Below, in pieces: positions 50,046 to 59,587 of a stretch of DNA of 64,000 bases. Positions within the stretch are counted from its first letter, which is position 1; each line of letters begins with the position of its first letter. The position numbers and the translations under genes were made by a program. The notes below the pieces were generated by a model, which saw only the letters and a program-made list of their open reading frames with translations, was not told where the DNA came from and did not search any database. Source of the stretch: Coraliomargaritaceae bacterium (GTDB taxonomy: Bacteria > Verrucomicrobiota > Verrucomicrobiia > Opitutales > Coraliomargaritaceae). The stretch is from the NCBI GenBank assembly GCA_049890275.1, contig JBMHBT010000013.1:7022-71021 (forward strand), written 5' to 3'.

Positions 50046-50933
50046 TTACTTCTTACGACGGATCAGTACGAATCCAAAGGAGCAAAGACCGATCAACATG
50101 GCATAGGTGCTTGGCTCCGGTACCACTGCTGCGGAAAGGTCTAGTGAAAAATTGTCAACTTCTACGGAACTGATACCAGACATAGATTCTACTGTTTCGC
50201 CGGCAGGTACACCAGTAGACCCCGTGTATCCTGTTGTGAACTCAGAATAGACAGTCGAGCCTGCTGTGAGTGCAGTGTTCATTGCAGTCGTTTCGAATAA
50301 CTGTGTACCCGATGCATCGAGAAGACGAGCTTGTATAGTGTAATTACCCCCATTCACTGCTATCGTAAGTTCTTGGGTGAGCCAGTTAGAGGTAGCACCT
50401 GCAAAGTCAGCTGCTTTAGGGTTAAAGCCTGCGGTTGTATTCCAGCTCAACCAGCCTTGAGGACTACCCGTTGTCATAAAGCCTAAAGCATTTCCTTTGC
50501 CACGATTGCCGATACGTAGGTTAGCGTGCGGGTTTTGGTACCATTGGTTATTTCCTGCAATCCCAAGACCAAAAAATCCAGCATTACCTACAAATGGGTC
50601 TAACTGAGTACCCGTGGCATTGTGCGTGAAACGGAAATCGATCGATAGGGTTGCTGTTTCATCATTAGACAGTGAAAAACCTGTTTGGTTGACTGCGTGG
50701 TAGTTGTTTTGAGCGATCGACGTGTCAAGTACCACTGTTCCACTACTAGTGGCATTTACTAGATTTTGCTGATCACTATTAGACTGCCATTTGACATTCC
50801 AATCAGCACTGGATCCTAAAGATTGTCCATCAGTGTAACTGAAGTCATCGGTGAAAACAACAGCAGCTTGTGTTGTCGTTGATAGGGCGAGCGTAGTCAG
50901 TGCTACGACTGTGTTTTTGAGGTAGATTTTCAT
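50046..50933 (-). CDS. Secreted PEP-CTERM protein of unknown fold (paralog A)
   Basis: Signal peptide (ALTTLALSTTTQA) and a C-terminal VPEPSTYAMLIGLCSFGFVLIRRKK. Clearly homologous to 51174..52043. Confidence 0.8.
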   Translation of the reverse strand: MKIYLKNTVVALTTLALSTTTQAAVVFTDDFSYTDGQSLGSSADWNVKWQSNSDQQNLVNATSSGTVVLDTSIAQNNYHAVNQTGFSLSNDETATLSIDFRFTHNATGTQLDPFVGNAGFFGLGIAGNNQWYQNPHANLRIGNRGKGNALGFMTTGSPQGWLSWNTTAGFNPKAADFAGATSNWLTQELTIAVNGGNYTIQARLLDASGTQLFETTAMNTALTAGSTVYSEFTTGYTGSTGVPAGETVESMSGISSVEVDNFSLDLSAAVVPEPSTYAMLIGLCSFGFVLIRRKK

Positions 50934-50966
50934 AGATTAGAAAAATTAACATTTCAAATGGCTAAC

Positions 50967-50984
50967 CTCGTGTAAAGCTAAAAA
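50967..50984 (-). promoter_or_regulatory. Conserved upstream motif shared by the two PEP-CTERM paralogs (minus strand TTTTTAGCTTTACACGAG)
   Basis: The 12-nt core GCTTTACACGAG is identical to 52116..52127. It contains a -35-like TTTACA and lies 34-51 nt upstream of the ATG. Confidence 0.3.
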
Positions 50985-51083
50985 ATAATTTTTTTATGTT
51001 TTTTTTAACAATTGAAATCTGGGTAGATTCCGCCCGAAGGCAGTTGTCACTGCTTGAATACTGTCGGGTGCGTATATGACAAA

Positions 51084-51108
51084 AAACCCCGCTGGAATAG
51101 CGGGGTTT
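51084..51108 (-). terminator. Rho-independent terminator downstream of the PEP-CTERM gene 51174..52043
   Basis: Perfect 10-bp stem (aaaccccgct / agcggggttt) with loop ggaat. On the minus strand it is followed by TTTTTTGTC. Confidence 0.7.
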
Positions 51109-51173
51109 ACACGGGTACAACCGGATGCAAGGGTTGTCGATCGTGTCGTCTTTCGTATGAAAGAGTGTCTCGA

Positions 51174-52043
51174 TTATGATGGATACAGTCGGCGCAGGTA
51201 GACAAAGCCCAGCACCGATAATCCAAGAATCATAGCGTAGGTTTCTGGCTCCGGCACAACATTGACGCTAAATGCGTCGACTTCGACAGAACTGATATTT
51301 GTCAGAGCTTCGGTCGTTGCAGTACCTGAATCAACAAAACCGTTGGTCATCGTCGCATAGATAACCGTGTCGGCCGCAACCCCTGTATCAATGGAAGTGC
51401 CGGTAAAGAGAACGGTGCCGCCTGCATCTTTGAGGACAGCTTGGGTCCAATAGGTGCCTCCATTGATGCTTACGGTGAGTTCTTCGGTTATCCAATTACT
51501 GACTGAGTCGGCTCCGCCATTCGGATCGACTCCAAAATTATTCCAACCAATCCAGCCTTCAATCCACGGATTTTGAGCGATTGGCATACCGACGGCTCCA
51601 TTGCGATTGGCAAGGCGTGCATCCACACGAGTTACAGACTGAGCTGCACCGTGCCACCATTGATTTCCGGTCGAAAAGCCCAAGCCCCAAAAGCCTTTGT
51701 TGGTCGTAGCGGCATTGCCGCCCCCGTTGTGGGTGAAGCGGAAATCCATGGTCAGGGTCGCCTCCTCGGTTCCGCTGAGAGAAAATCCTGTTTGATGGGT
51801 GATGTGGTAATTATTTGTTGCGATGGATAGATCCAGACTCGCGGCCCCTGAACCCGTGCCAAGGAACAAGTCTTGTTGATCCGAATTACTTTGCCACTTC
51901 GCGTTCCAGTTTGCATTTGCAGCTACATTAACCCCCGAAGCATAGCTGCTGAAGTCCTCTGTAATAATGACTTCGGATCGGAGGGAGTTGCTTACCAAGG
52001 CAAGTACGAGCAGGGGAAGTGTCAGTTTTTTTAGATGATTCAT
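51174..52043 (-). CDS. Secreted PEP-CTERM protein of unknown fold (paralog B)
   Basis: Signal peptide (LPLLVLALVSNSLRS) and a C-terminal VPEPETYAMILGLSVLGFVYLRRLYPS. Shared blocks with paralog A include NWN.KWQSNSDQQ, NNYH, QTGFSLS, DFRFTHN and SSVEVD.FS. Confidence 0.8.
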   Translation of the reverse strand: MNHLKKLTLPLLVLALVSNSLRSEVIITEDFSSYASGVNVAANANWNAKWQSNSDQQDLFLGTGSGAASLDLSIATNNYHITHQTGFSLSGTEEATLTMDFRFTHNGGGNAATTNKGFWGLGFSTGNQWWHGAAQSVTRVDARLANRNGAVGMPIAQNPWIEGWIGWNNFGVDPNGGADSVSNWITEELTVSINGGTYWTQAVLKDAGGTVLFTGTSIDTGVAADTVIYATMTNGFVDSGTATTEALTNISSVEVDAFSVNVVPEPETYAMILGLSVLGFVYLRRLYPS

Positions 52044-52115
52044 GGGAATGGGCTTTCTTTGAGTTTAAAAACAATTATTATTCATATAATCATAGGTTTT
52101 TAAGCCCAGTAATTG

Positions 52116-52134
52116 CTCGTGTAAAGCCTAAAAA
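52116..52134 (-). promoter_or_regulatory. Second copy of the conserved upstream motif (minus strand TTTTTAGGCTTTACACGAG)
   Basis: Same 12-nt core as 50967..50978, located 73-91 nt upstream of the paralog B ATG. Confidence 0.3.
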
Positions 52135-52442
52135 TGAAAAATGTAGATGCGGATGACTGAACGATCCCCGCTCATATTCTACAGAGCACGGATCAACAAT
52201 CGGGTCGTACGAGGCCAGAAAGCCCACAATCCTCTTTCCTGAACTAATGGGTAACTAGATACTGGGAAGAGAGTGGTTGTTTTTCTTGGGCGAAAAGGTC
52301 TTTTCCTTTTTTTCCGGCTGCTGTGGGGAAAAGACCGAGCCAGCCTTGTTCTCGCTTGGCAGAGATTGGGATGGATTCGATCCGCAAGCCACTCGAGTGG
52401 TTGGACCCCAAGCTAACGACTAGAGTCGATCTGTGTGTGAAG

Positions 52443-54290
52443 CTATTCGACCGTGACTGACTTGGCCAGATTACGCGGTTTATCGACGTCGCAGCCACGC
52501 TCGAGAGCGATGTAGTAGCTGAGTAGCTGAACCGGAAGGCTCATGAGAATGGGGCGCACGATGTCGTGGCTTTCGGGGACCTGAATCAAGTCGTCGATGA
52601 TATCGGCGGGAAGGTCGCAGCTTTCGCTGGCGACACAGATGATGGGTCCTTTGCGGGCTTTGACCTCTTGTATGTTGGCCAGGCTCTTCTGGAAGACTTC
52701 GCCGGAGGTGGCGAGAAAGACGCTGGGACATTCGGGACAAATCAGAGCGATGGGGCCGTGTTTCATCTCCGCCGCGGGGTAGCCCTCGGCATGAATGTAG
52801 GAGATTTCCTTGAGTTTGAGGGCGCCTTCCAAAGCGATGGGGAACATCAGTTGACGACCGAGAAAAAGGAAGTCTTCACTTTTGGCGTATTTCTTGGCAA
52901 TGGCGGCGATATGCTCGCTTTGACCGAGGATTTCTCGAATTTGATTGGGCAATTCCTTTAGTGCCTGAACAATTTTTGAGCCCTCATCAAAGCTGAGGTC
53001 GCGAATACGGCCTAAATAGAGGGCAACCATGGCCGTGAGCATCACTTGGGAAGTAAATGCCTTGGTCGATGCGACGCCGATTTCCGGGCCGGCGTGCTGG
53101 TAGATACCGCCGTCGCATTCGCGGGCAATGGTTGAGCCGACGCTGTTGTTGATCGAGAGGGTGCGGTAGCCCTTGCGCTTGGCTTCGCGCAACGCTGCCA
53201 GGGTGTCGATGGTTTCACCGGATTGGCTGATGGCAAAGACGAGGGTATTTTTGTCCAGCGGTGCGTTGCGGTAGCGGAACTCGGAGGCGTATTCCACTTC
53301 AACAGGAATACGGGCGTAGCGCTCAATTAGGTATTCAGCAACGAGGCAGGCGTGCCAGGCGGTGCCGCAGGCGATGAAAAGAATACGGTCGACATTGCGC
53401 AGATCCTGCGGGCTGAGGTTGAGCCCGCCGAAGACAGCTGTGCTGCCGTCATCTGAAAAGCGACCGCGCATACCGTTTTCCAGGGCAGTGGGTTGCTCAA
53501 AGATCTCTTTTTCCATGAAGTGGTGGTAGTCACCCAGTTCCGATTCCGAGGTGTCCCAGTCGACTTGGTGGATGACTGCCTCCACATCTGCGCTGGAGGC
53601 GGTAGTAATGGAAATATCATCTTCGAGGAGGTGGACGACTTCTCCGTCATTCAGGTAGACGACGTTCTGCGTGCACTGGGTGATGGCATTGACATCGGAG
53701 GCAATGAGATTTTCCCCTTTTCCGATACCAACAATAAGAGGAGAGCCTTTGCGGGCGCCGATCAATTCACTGGGAAAATCCGAGCAGATGACCGCGATGC
53801 CGTAAGTGCCTTCGACGTGACGTAAACTTTTTCGAACCGCTTCGAGGAAGCGATTCTTTTCACCGGTTTGCGGTTCTTTTGCGTAGTGATAGGCAATTAG
53901 GTTAGCCAGTGCCTCGGTATCCGTTTCCGATTGAAAGGTGTAACCTTTCTCGGAGAGGAATTTTTTCATGCCCAGATAGTTTTCGATCACTCCATTGTGC
54001 ACGACGGCAATTTTCTCATCGCTACTCACATGGGGGTGGGCATTGGCTTCGGTAACATCGCCGTGGGTGGCCCATCGGGTGTGACTGATACCCAGTTTCC
54101 CGGCAGGAGCTTCGCCGAGGGCATTTTCGAGCTCGGCAACACGACCTGTGCGCCGAGTCGTTTCAAAGCCTTGCCCGTTCATGATAGCCATGCCCGAGGA
54201 GTCATAGCCCCTGTATTCAAGGCGTTTGAGCCCATCCAGCATAACGCTTCCCGCACGATCACGGCCGACATATCCAACAATTCCGCACAT
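52443..54290 (-). CDS. glmS: Glutamine--fructose-6-phosphate aminotransferase
   Basis: 615 aa with the N-terminal MCGIVGY (Ntn amidotransferase), two SIS domains and a C-terminal ...AKSVTVE. Confidence 0.97.
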   Translation of the reverse strand: MCGIVGYVGRDRAGSVMLDGLKRLEYRGYDSSGMAIMNGQGFETTRRTGRVAELENALGEAPAGKLGISHTRWATHGDVTEANAHPHVSSDEKIAVVHNGVIENYLGMKKFLSEKGYTFQSETDTEALANLIAYHYAKEPQTGEKNRFLEAVRKSLRHVEGTYGIAVICSDFPSELIGARKGSPLIVGIGKGENLIASDVNAITQCTQNVVYLNDGEVVHLLEDDISITTASSADVEAVIHQVDWDTSESELGDYHHFMEKEIFEQPTALENGMRGRFSDDGSTAVFGGLNLSPQDLRNVDRILFIACGTAWHACLVAEYLIERYARIPVEVEYASEFRYRNAPLDKNTLVFAISQSGETIDTLAALREAKRKGYRTLSINNSVGSTIARECDGGIYQHAGPEIGVASTKAFTSQVMLTAMVALYLGRIRDLSFDEGSKIVQALKELPNQIREILGQSEHIAAIAKKYAKSEDFLFLGRQLMFPIALEGALKLKEISYIHAEGYPAAEMKHGPIALICPECPSVFLATSGEVFQKSLANIQEVKARKGPIICVASESCDLPADIIDDLIQVPESHDIVRPILMSLPVQLLSYYIALERGCDVDKPRNLAKSVTVE

Positions 54291-54366
54291 TTGACTTCAA
54301 TTCATCGACAATTGTGTCTAAAGATCAAGTTGATTGATAAAGCAATTTTAGCCAACTCCTGAGCTT

Positions 54367-55668
54367 ATGAAAAAGAGAAAGGTCGTCTGTATTATTATGG
54401 GAGGGGGGCGAGGCTCTCGTCTGGTTCCTTTAACAAGAGAGCGTTGTAAGCCTGCTGTACCGCTGGCCGGCAAGTATCGCTTAGTGGATATTCCGATTAG
54501 TAATTGCCTGAATTCAGGCTTTAACGAGATCTATGTATTGACCCAGTTCAACACGGCGTCACTCCATCGCCATATTCAGGAGGCCTACAAGTTTGATCCT
54601 TTTGCCGGTGGTTGCGTGGATATCCTCTCGGCCGAGCAGACGGATAAAGATGATGGATGGTATCAGGGTACGGCAGATGCGGTGCGTCAGAATATGAATC
54701 ACTTTGGGTCGATGCATGAGGGCGATCTCTACATCATCCTATCGGGCGATCAACTGTTTCGTATGGATTTGGCCGATGTCGTAAAGTCGCATGATGCCAG
54801 TGGTGCGGATGTAACCATTACCGCCAAACCGATGGGTTTGGATGAGGCCGAAGGACTCGGTTTGATGCGTATTAACGATTCTCTGGAGATTACTGAGTTT
54901 GTGGAGAAGCCGAAGGAACCAGCTATTATCGAAGGTTTGGCCGTTGGGGAGAGTGTGACTAGTCGGATGAAAGATCCTGGTGAAGGTCGTTATTGTTTGG
55001 CCTCGATGGGGATCTACGTCTTTAACGCTGCGGCCTTATCGAAGGCCCTGGATACGGCGCATACTGACTTTGGCAAAGAGATCATTCCGGGGCTACTCGG
55101 ACAGATGAAACTGTGCAGCTATGTCTTCGATGACTACTGGGAAGACATCGGAACAGTAAAAGCTTTTTTCGAATGTAATTTGCGGCTGACGGATCCGGTG
55201 CCACCTTTTAACTTCTACAATGAAGACTATCGCATCTTCACCCGTGCGCGCTACCTGCCTGCCTCCAAGGTCAATGCCTGCACTGTAGATCATGCAGTTA
55301 TGGCGGATGGATGTATTGTCACAAATGCAAAATTGACTCGTTGTTCCCTCGGAGTCCGTTCAGTGGTCAATGATGGCAGTCTCCTGGATCATGTAGTCAT
55401 GATGGGGGCCGATGTCTTTGAGACGGCAGACGACTTTGCGGAAAATGAACAACTGGGCCGTCCCAATATTGGAGTGGGGAAGGGCTGTAGCATTCACAAT
55501 GCGATACTAGATAAGAACGTACGCATTGGGAATAATGTTGTGCTGGATCCAGAAGGACTGCCGGACAATTTTGGTCCCGGAGTCGATATCGCCATTCGCG
55601 ACGGTATCCTAGTCGTTTGTAAGGATACAGTCGTACCCGACGGCTTTGTTTTACAGGCGGAATCCTGA
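54367..55668 (+). CDS. glgC: Glucose-1-phosphate adenylyltransferase
   Basis: 433 aa with GGGRGSRLVPLTRERCKPAVPLAGKYRLVDIPISNCLNSG and a C-terminal beta-helix. Confidence 0.93.
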   Translation: MKKRKVVCIIMGGGRGSRLVPLTRERCKPAVPLAGKYRLVDIPISNCLNSGFNEIYVLTQFNTASLHRHIQEAYKFDPFAGGCVDILSAEQTDKDDGWYQGTADAVRQNMNHFGSMHEGDLYIILSGDQLFRMDLADVVKSHDASGADVTITAKPMGLDEAEGLGLMRINDSLEITEFVEKPKEPAIIEGLAVGESVTSRMKDPGEGRYCLASMGIYVFNAAALSKALDTAHTDFGKEIIPGLLGQMKLCSYVFDDYWEDIGTVKAFFECNLRLTDPVPPFNFYNEDYRIFTRARYLPASKVNACTVDHAVMADGCIVTNAKLTRCSLGVRSVVNDGSLLDHVVMMGADVFETADDFAENEQLGRPNIGVGKGCSIHNAILDKNVRIGNNVVLDPEGLPDNFGPGVDIAIRDGILVVCKDTVVPDGFVLQAES

Positions 55669-55678
55669 TCTAGGGTAT

Positions 55679-58114
55679 TTACGCCTGACCTTTGCGGCCA
55701 CTGTGACCTTTGCGCTGACGGTTCGTTCTACGTTGTTTGCGCAGTTCTGTTAATGCCTTGGCCGATTTTGCTGTGGTCGGTCTCTTTTTTACGGAGGTCC
55801 CTTTCTTCGGGTTATGACCTTGGGCCGATTTTTCCGAACGCGCGATTCTGAAGTCAATTTGTCGCTTGAAGCGATCCACCCGTTCCACTTGCACCGCAAC
55901 GGTATCACCGACGGAGTAGGTTTTTCCGCTCCGCCGACCGACTACGCGCTGTCCGTCCGGATCGACGTGATAAAAATCATCATCCAGCGTGGAAATATGG
56001 ATCATCCCAAATGCCATGGAGTCGATGATCTCGATATAGAGACCGTGGTTTTTTATATCGGTGACGACTGCTTCGAAGGTTTGCCTGTTCTCTTCCTTTA
56101 GCTGCCGTTCGTAGAACTCCAGTAACTTGGTTTTGACCGACTCCCGCTCGGCATCGACACTGTTGCGTTCCGTGATGCAAAGGTGATCCCCGAGAGACTC
56201 CAGCTTTCCCTGTGTGTAGCGAATATCGGGTGTATGCGGTGCGGAGGATGCGCCTGTCTTGTGTAAGTACGCGTCCAGTACACGGTGTACGACCAGATCG
56301 GAGTAGCGGCGGATTGGTGAGGTGAAGTGGGTGTAATCGTTTTTTGCCAGACCGTAGTGACCGTCCGGGCTGGCCCGGTATTGTGCTTGCTTCAGGCTGC
56401 GTAGAACATGGGTTTTTAGTGTGTGGCCCTGTGGATGTTCTTTGAGTGTTTGCAGGAGTAACGACATCTCGCGGGCTTTGGATAGATTTCCGCAACGAAT
56501 GCCGTGGCTGCTCATCGCTTCGCGTAATTCCTGCAGTTTTTCATCTTCCGGTTCATCGTGTACACGATAGATGCAGGGGAATCGCTGCTGTTTCATGATA
56601 CGAGCAATGGCTTCGTTGGCAGCGAGCATAAACTCTTCAATCAGTTGGTGGCTATCGTCGTGATGCTGCTTCTCGATGCGGTCTGCGTATCCATCCGGGT
56701 CGACGTAGATTTTGATCTCGTTCATTTCCAGATCAAGTGATCCCGATTTGAAGCGTCGCTTACGGAGCTGTTCGGCAACTTCCCAGAGCTTGCGTATGCC
56801 TTCCTGTAGATTCAACAGCTCCTCCTCATTCAGATCCTTCAGGGATCGTCCGGTAGATCCGGTTTGGTGTTTTGGTGGCAAGGGTGTTCGGACGACTTCG
56901 TTTAAGTCATCATTTTTGAGAAATGCCAGTGCTTGCGCGTAGGTCAGTCGCTTATTACTGCGGATGACCGTGCGAGCATAGTCGACTTTTTCAATACCTG
57001 CCTTACTGTTGAAAGTAATGAAGACACTCTTGGTCAGTCGGTCCTGCGCTTCCACTAAGCTACACAAGCCGTTTGAAAGTGCGTGTGGGAGCATAGGGAT
57101 GACGGTGCCTACGAGGTAGGTACTGTTGCCTCTTTTTTGCGCCTCTTTATCTAGAGCGCTGTCCGGTTTTACATAAGCCGATACATCCGCAATATGAATT
57201 CCGATTCGGCAGTTTCCCTCCTCTAGTTCTTCCAGTGATAGAGCATCGTCAAAATCCTTGGCGTCGTCCGGGTCGATCGTGAAGGTAAAGAGATCGCGGC
57301 AGTCCATACGGCCCGCATAATCTTCTTCTGGTACGGTGTTCGGTAATTGTTTGGTCTCTTCTTCGACTGCGCCGGGAAATTTCGGCTCGAGTGAATATTT
57401 ATGGAGGATTCCTTTAAATTCTGCGTCGGGTTCGTGGGTGCGGCCCAAGACCTGAATTATTTCAGCTTCTGGATTGAGGTGTCGCTGTTTCCATTCAAGT
57501 AGTTTGATGACGACTTTGTCACCCTCCGAGGGCAGTGGCTGTAATCCGCAGTTGGCTGGAGGGGGCACGAGAAAGTCCTGAATGATGCGTGGGTCATCGG
57601 GGATGACAAAGTGGGTATGGCGGGCTTTTTGCAGTGTGCCAACAATCGTATCACGGGCCCGTTTGATGACCCGAATGACGCGCAAGGACGGTCTACCGCT
57701 TGGTTCAACTCGTTTGCTGCGTCCACGCCTGTAGCGATCAAACGATTTCTTCTGTGGGCGCTCTAAAACCCGGCCCAGTACCAAATCACCATGCAGAGCC
57801 GTGCCCGTATCTTCTGCAGCAACGGGATGCCCATCGACACCTTTTTTCTTGGACTCTGATTCGGGGATGATGAAGGCAGAGCCGCTTTGTCGAAAATGGA
57901 TATATCCACTGACGAGATCCGCGTCACTGGGGATGCACAGTCGACCTTTCTTTACGTAAACGAGTTCGCCCCTGTTGATCATTGAGCGAATCAACTTGCG
58001 TGCTTGCTTTTGTTTGTCCGGGCTCAGTCGAAGTACGGCGAGCAAAGCTTCGTCGCGCATGGGTACATAGTCGGGCGCGCGAAGTAGCTTTAGTAATGCT
58101 TTGCGTACATCCAT
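55679..58114 (-). CDS. rnr: Ribonuclease R
   Basis: 811 aa with N-terminal HTH/OB domains, an RNB catalytic domain ([13 protein letters not shown]), an S1 domain and a basic C-terminal tail. Confidence 0.93.
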   Translation of the reverse strand: MDVRKALLKLLRAPDYVPMRDEALLAVLRLSPDKQKQARKLIRSMINRGELVYVKKGRLCIPSDADLVSGYIHFRQSGSAFIIPESESKKKGVDGHPVAAEDTGTALHGDLVLGRVLERPQKKSFDRYRRGRSKRVEPSGRPSLRVIRVIKRARDTIVGTLQKARHTHFVIPDDPRIIQDFLVPPPANCGLQPLPSEGDKVVIKLLEWKQRHLNPEAEIIQVLGRTHEPDAEFKGILHKYSLEPKFPGAVEEETKQLPNTVPEEDYAGRMDCRDLFTFTIDPDDAKDFDDALSLEELEEGNCRIGIHIADVSAYVKPDSALDKEAQKRGNSTYLVGTVIPMLPHALSNGLCSLVEAQDRLTKSVFITFNSKAGIEKVDYARTVIRSNKRLTYAQALAFLKNDDLNEVVRTPLPPKHQTGSTGRSLKDLNEEELLNLQEGIRKLWEVAEQLRKRRFKSGSLDLEMNEIKIYVDPDGYADRIEKQHHDDSHQLIEEFMLAANEAIARIMKQQRFPCIYRVHDEPEDEKLQELREAMSSHGIRCGNLSKAREMSLLLQTLKEHPQGHTLKTHVLRSLKQAQYRASPDGHYGLAKNDYTHFTSPIRRYSDLVVHRVLDAYLHKTGASSAPHTPDIRYTQGKLESLGDHLCITERNSVDAERESVKTKLLEFYERQLKEENRQTFEAVVTDIKNHGLYIEIIDSMAFGMIHISTLDDDFYHVDPDGQRVVGRRSGKTYSVGDTVAVQVERVDRFKRQIDFRIARSEKSAQGHNPKKGTSVKKRPTTAKSAKALTELRKQRRTNRQRKGHSGRKGQA

Positions 58115-58243
58115 GTTCGCTTAGTGGAAGGATGAACCTTCTTCGCGGCAAAGGTTAATTTTCATTTATCGGTATTTTGGATTCAATTTTGTTTCGAATA
58201 CGCTCTTGCCTGCCGTCCTATAGTTAACTTCTTTTTGTGCATT

Positions 58244-59548
58244 ATGACATTTTTCAATTGCGATAAGATCGAATTCGAGGGACCCACATCAAAAAACGCT
58301 CTGGCTTTTAAGCATTACAACCCGGATGAGTTGATCAACGGCAAGCCGATGCGGGAGCATCTTCGTTTCGCCGCACCGTACTGGCACGTTATGCGCAACG
58401 TCCTCTCGGATCCATTTGGCGGAGGGACGGCTCAGATGCCCTGGGACGATGGTTCCGAATCGGTTGAAAATGCACTCAATCGCGTCGATGTATTTTTTGA
58501 GTTTCTTGAAAAGATCGGTATCGAGTATTACTGTTGGCATGATCGTGATATAGCACCGGAACTCAACGATCTGAGCGCCTCTAATGATGCGCTCGACCAA
58601 GTCGTAGCTAAATTGAAGGCAAAGCAGGCCGAGACTGGCGTACAGTTACTCTGGGGTACTGCATGTTTATTCTCTCATCCGCGTTACGCGCAGGGCGGGG
58701 CAACTTCACCCAATGCAGACGTCTATGCGTATGCAGCCGCTCAAGTAAAGAAAGCGCTGGAGTGCACCCACGAGTTGAATGGGCTTGGCTATACATTTTG
58801 GGGTGGTCGGGAAGGGTACTCCACTTTGCTCAATACTGATATGAAGCGCGAGTTGGATCATTTAGCTGCTTTTTTGCACATGGCGGTCGATCATGCGGAA
58901 AAGATTGGTTTTGAGGGCCCCTTCTATATCGAACCCAAGCCCCGGGAACCGTCAACGCATCAATATGACAGCGACGCGGCAGCCTGTTTGAACTTCCTCC
59001 GCGAGTATGGTTTGATGGATCGTTTCCGTCTCAATATTGAGACCAATCACGCCACCCTCGCTGGACACACGATGGAGCATGAGCTTCGAGTGAGTGCCAA
59101 TGCCGGTATGCTTGGTAGTATCGACGCGAATCGAGGTGATGAATTGATCGGCTGGGATACGGATCAGTTCCCGACTGATATTTATCTGACGACTCAGGTC
59201 ATGTTGGTGCTTTTGGAAACCGGCGGCTTCACCACCGGCGGCTTAAACTTTGACGCAAAGCGGCGCCGTGAATCGCACGAGCCCATTGATTTAATGCATG
59301 CTCATATTGGTGGAATGGATGCATTTGCCCGCGGTCTGAAAATTGCCGACGCAATTGTACGGGACGGGCGTTTGGGGGATTTTGTAAAACAGCGGTACTC
59401 CAGTTTCGACTCCGGTATCGGCGCAAAGGTCGAGTCTGGAAGCGTCAGCTTCGAGGATCTAGAAAAATACGCTTTATCCAACGGCGAGCCAACTCTGGTC
59501 AGTGGACGGCAGGAGATGTTGGAAAATCTGGTCAACGAATTCCTCTAG
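58244..59548 (+). CDS. xylA: Xylose isomerase
   Basis: [25 protein letters not shown] and IEPKPREP motifs. The start is set at the ATG at 58244; the track starts at a TTG 9 nt upstream. Confidence 0.95.
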   Translation: MTFFNCDKIEFEGPTSKNALAFKHYNPDELINGKPMREHLRFAAPYWHVMRNVLSDPFGGGTAQMPWDDGSESVENALNRVDVFFEFLEKIGIEYYCWHDRDIAPELNDLSASNDALDQVVAKLKAKQAETGVQLLWGTACLFSHPRYAQGGATSPNADVYAYAAAQVKKALECTHELNGLGYTFWGGREGYSTLLNTDMKRELDHLAAFLHMAVDHAEKIGFEGPFYIEPKPREPSTHQYDSDAAACLNFLREYGLMDRFRLNIETNHATLAGHTMEHELRVSANAGMLGSIDANRGDELIGWDTDQFPTDIYLTTQVMLVLLETGGFTTGGLNFDAKRRRESHEPIDLMHAHIGGMDAFARGLKIADAIVRDGRLGDFVKQRYSSFDSGIGAKVESGSVSFEDLEKYALSNGEPTLVSGRQEMLENLVNEFL

Positions 59549-59587
59549 GATACTTGGATCACGCCGTAGGCGAAGAATGACAGAATC

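Noticed and set aside
52244-52498. 84-aa minus-strand ORF overlapping the 3-prime end of glmS.
   Set aside because: It overlaps the glmS coding frame and then runs into non-coding sequence. It has no motif and its composition is not coding-like.
54291-54366. I looked for a glmS ribozyme in the glmS leader.
   Set aside because: The leader shared with the divergent glgC gene is only 76 nt and AT-rich, which is too short for the ribozyme core. I could not run a covariance-model scan, so this rests on size alone.
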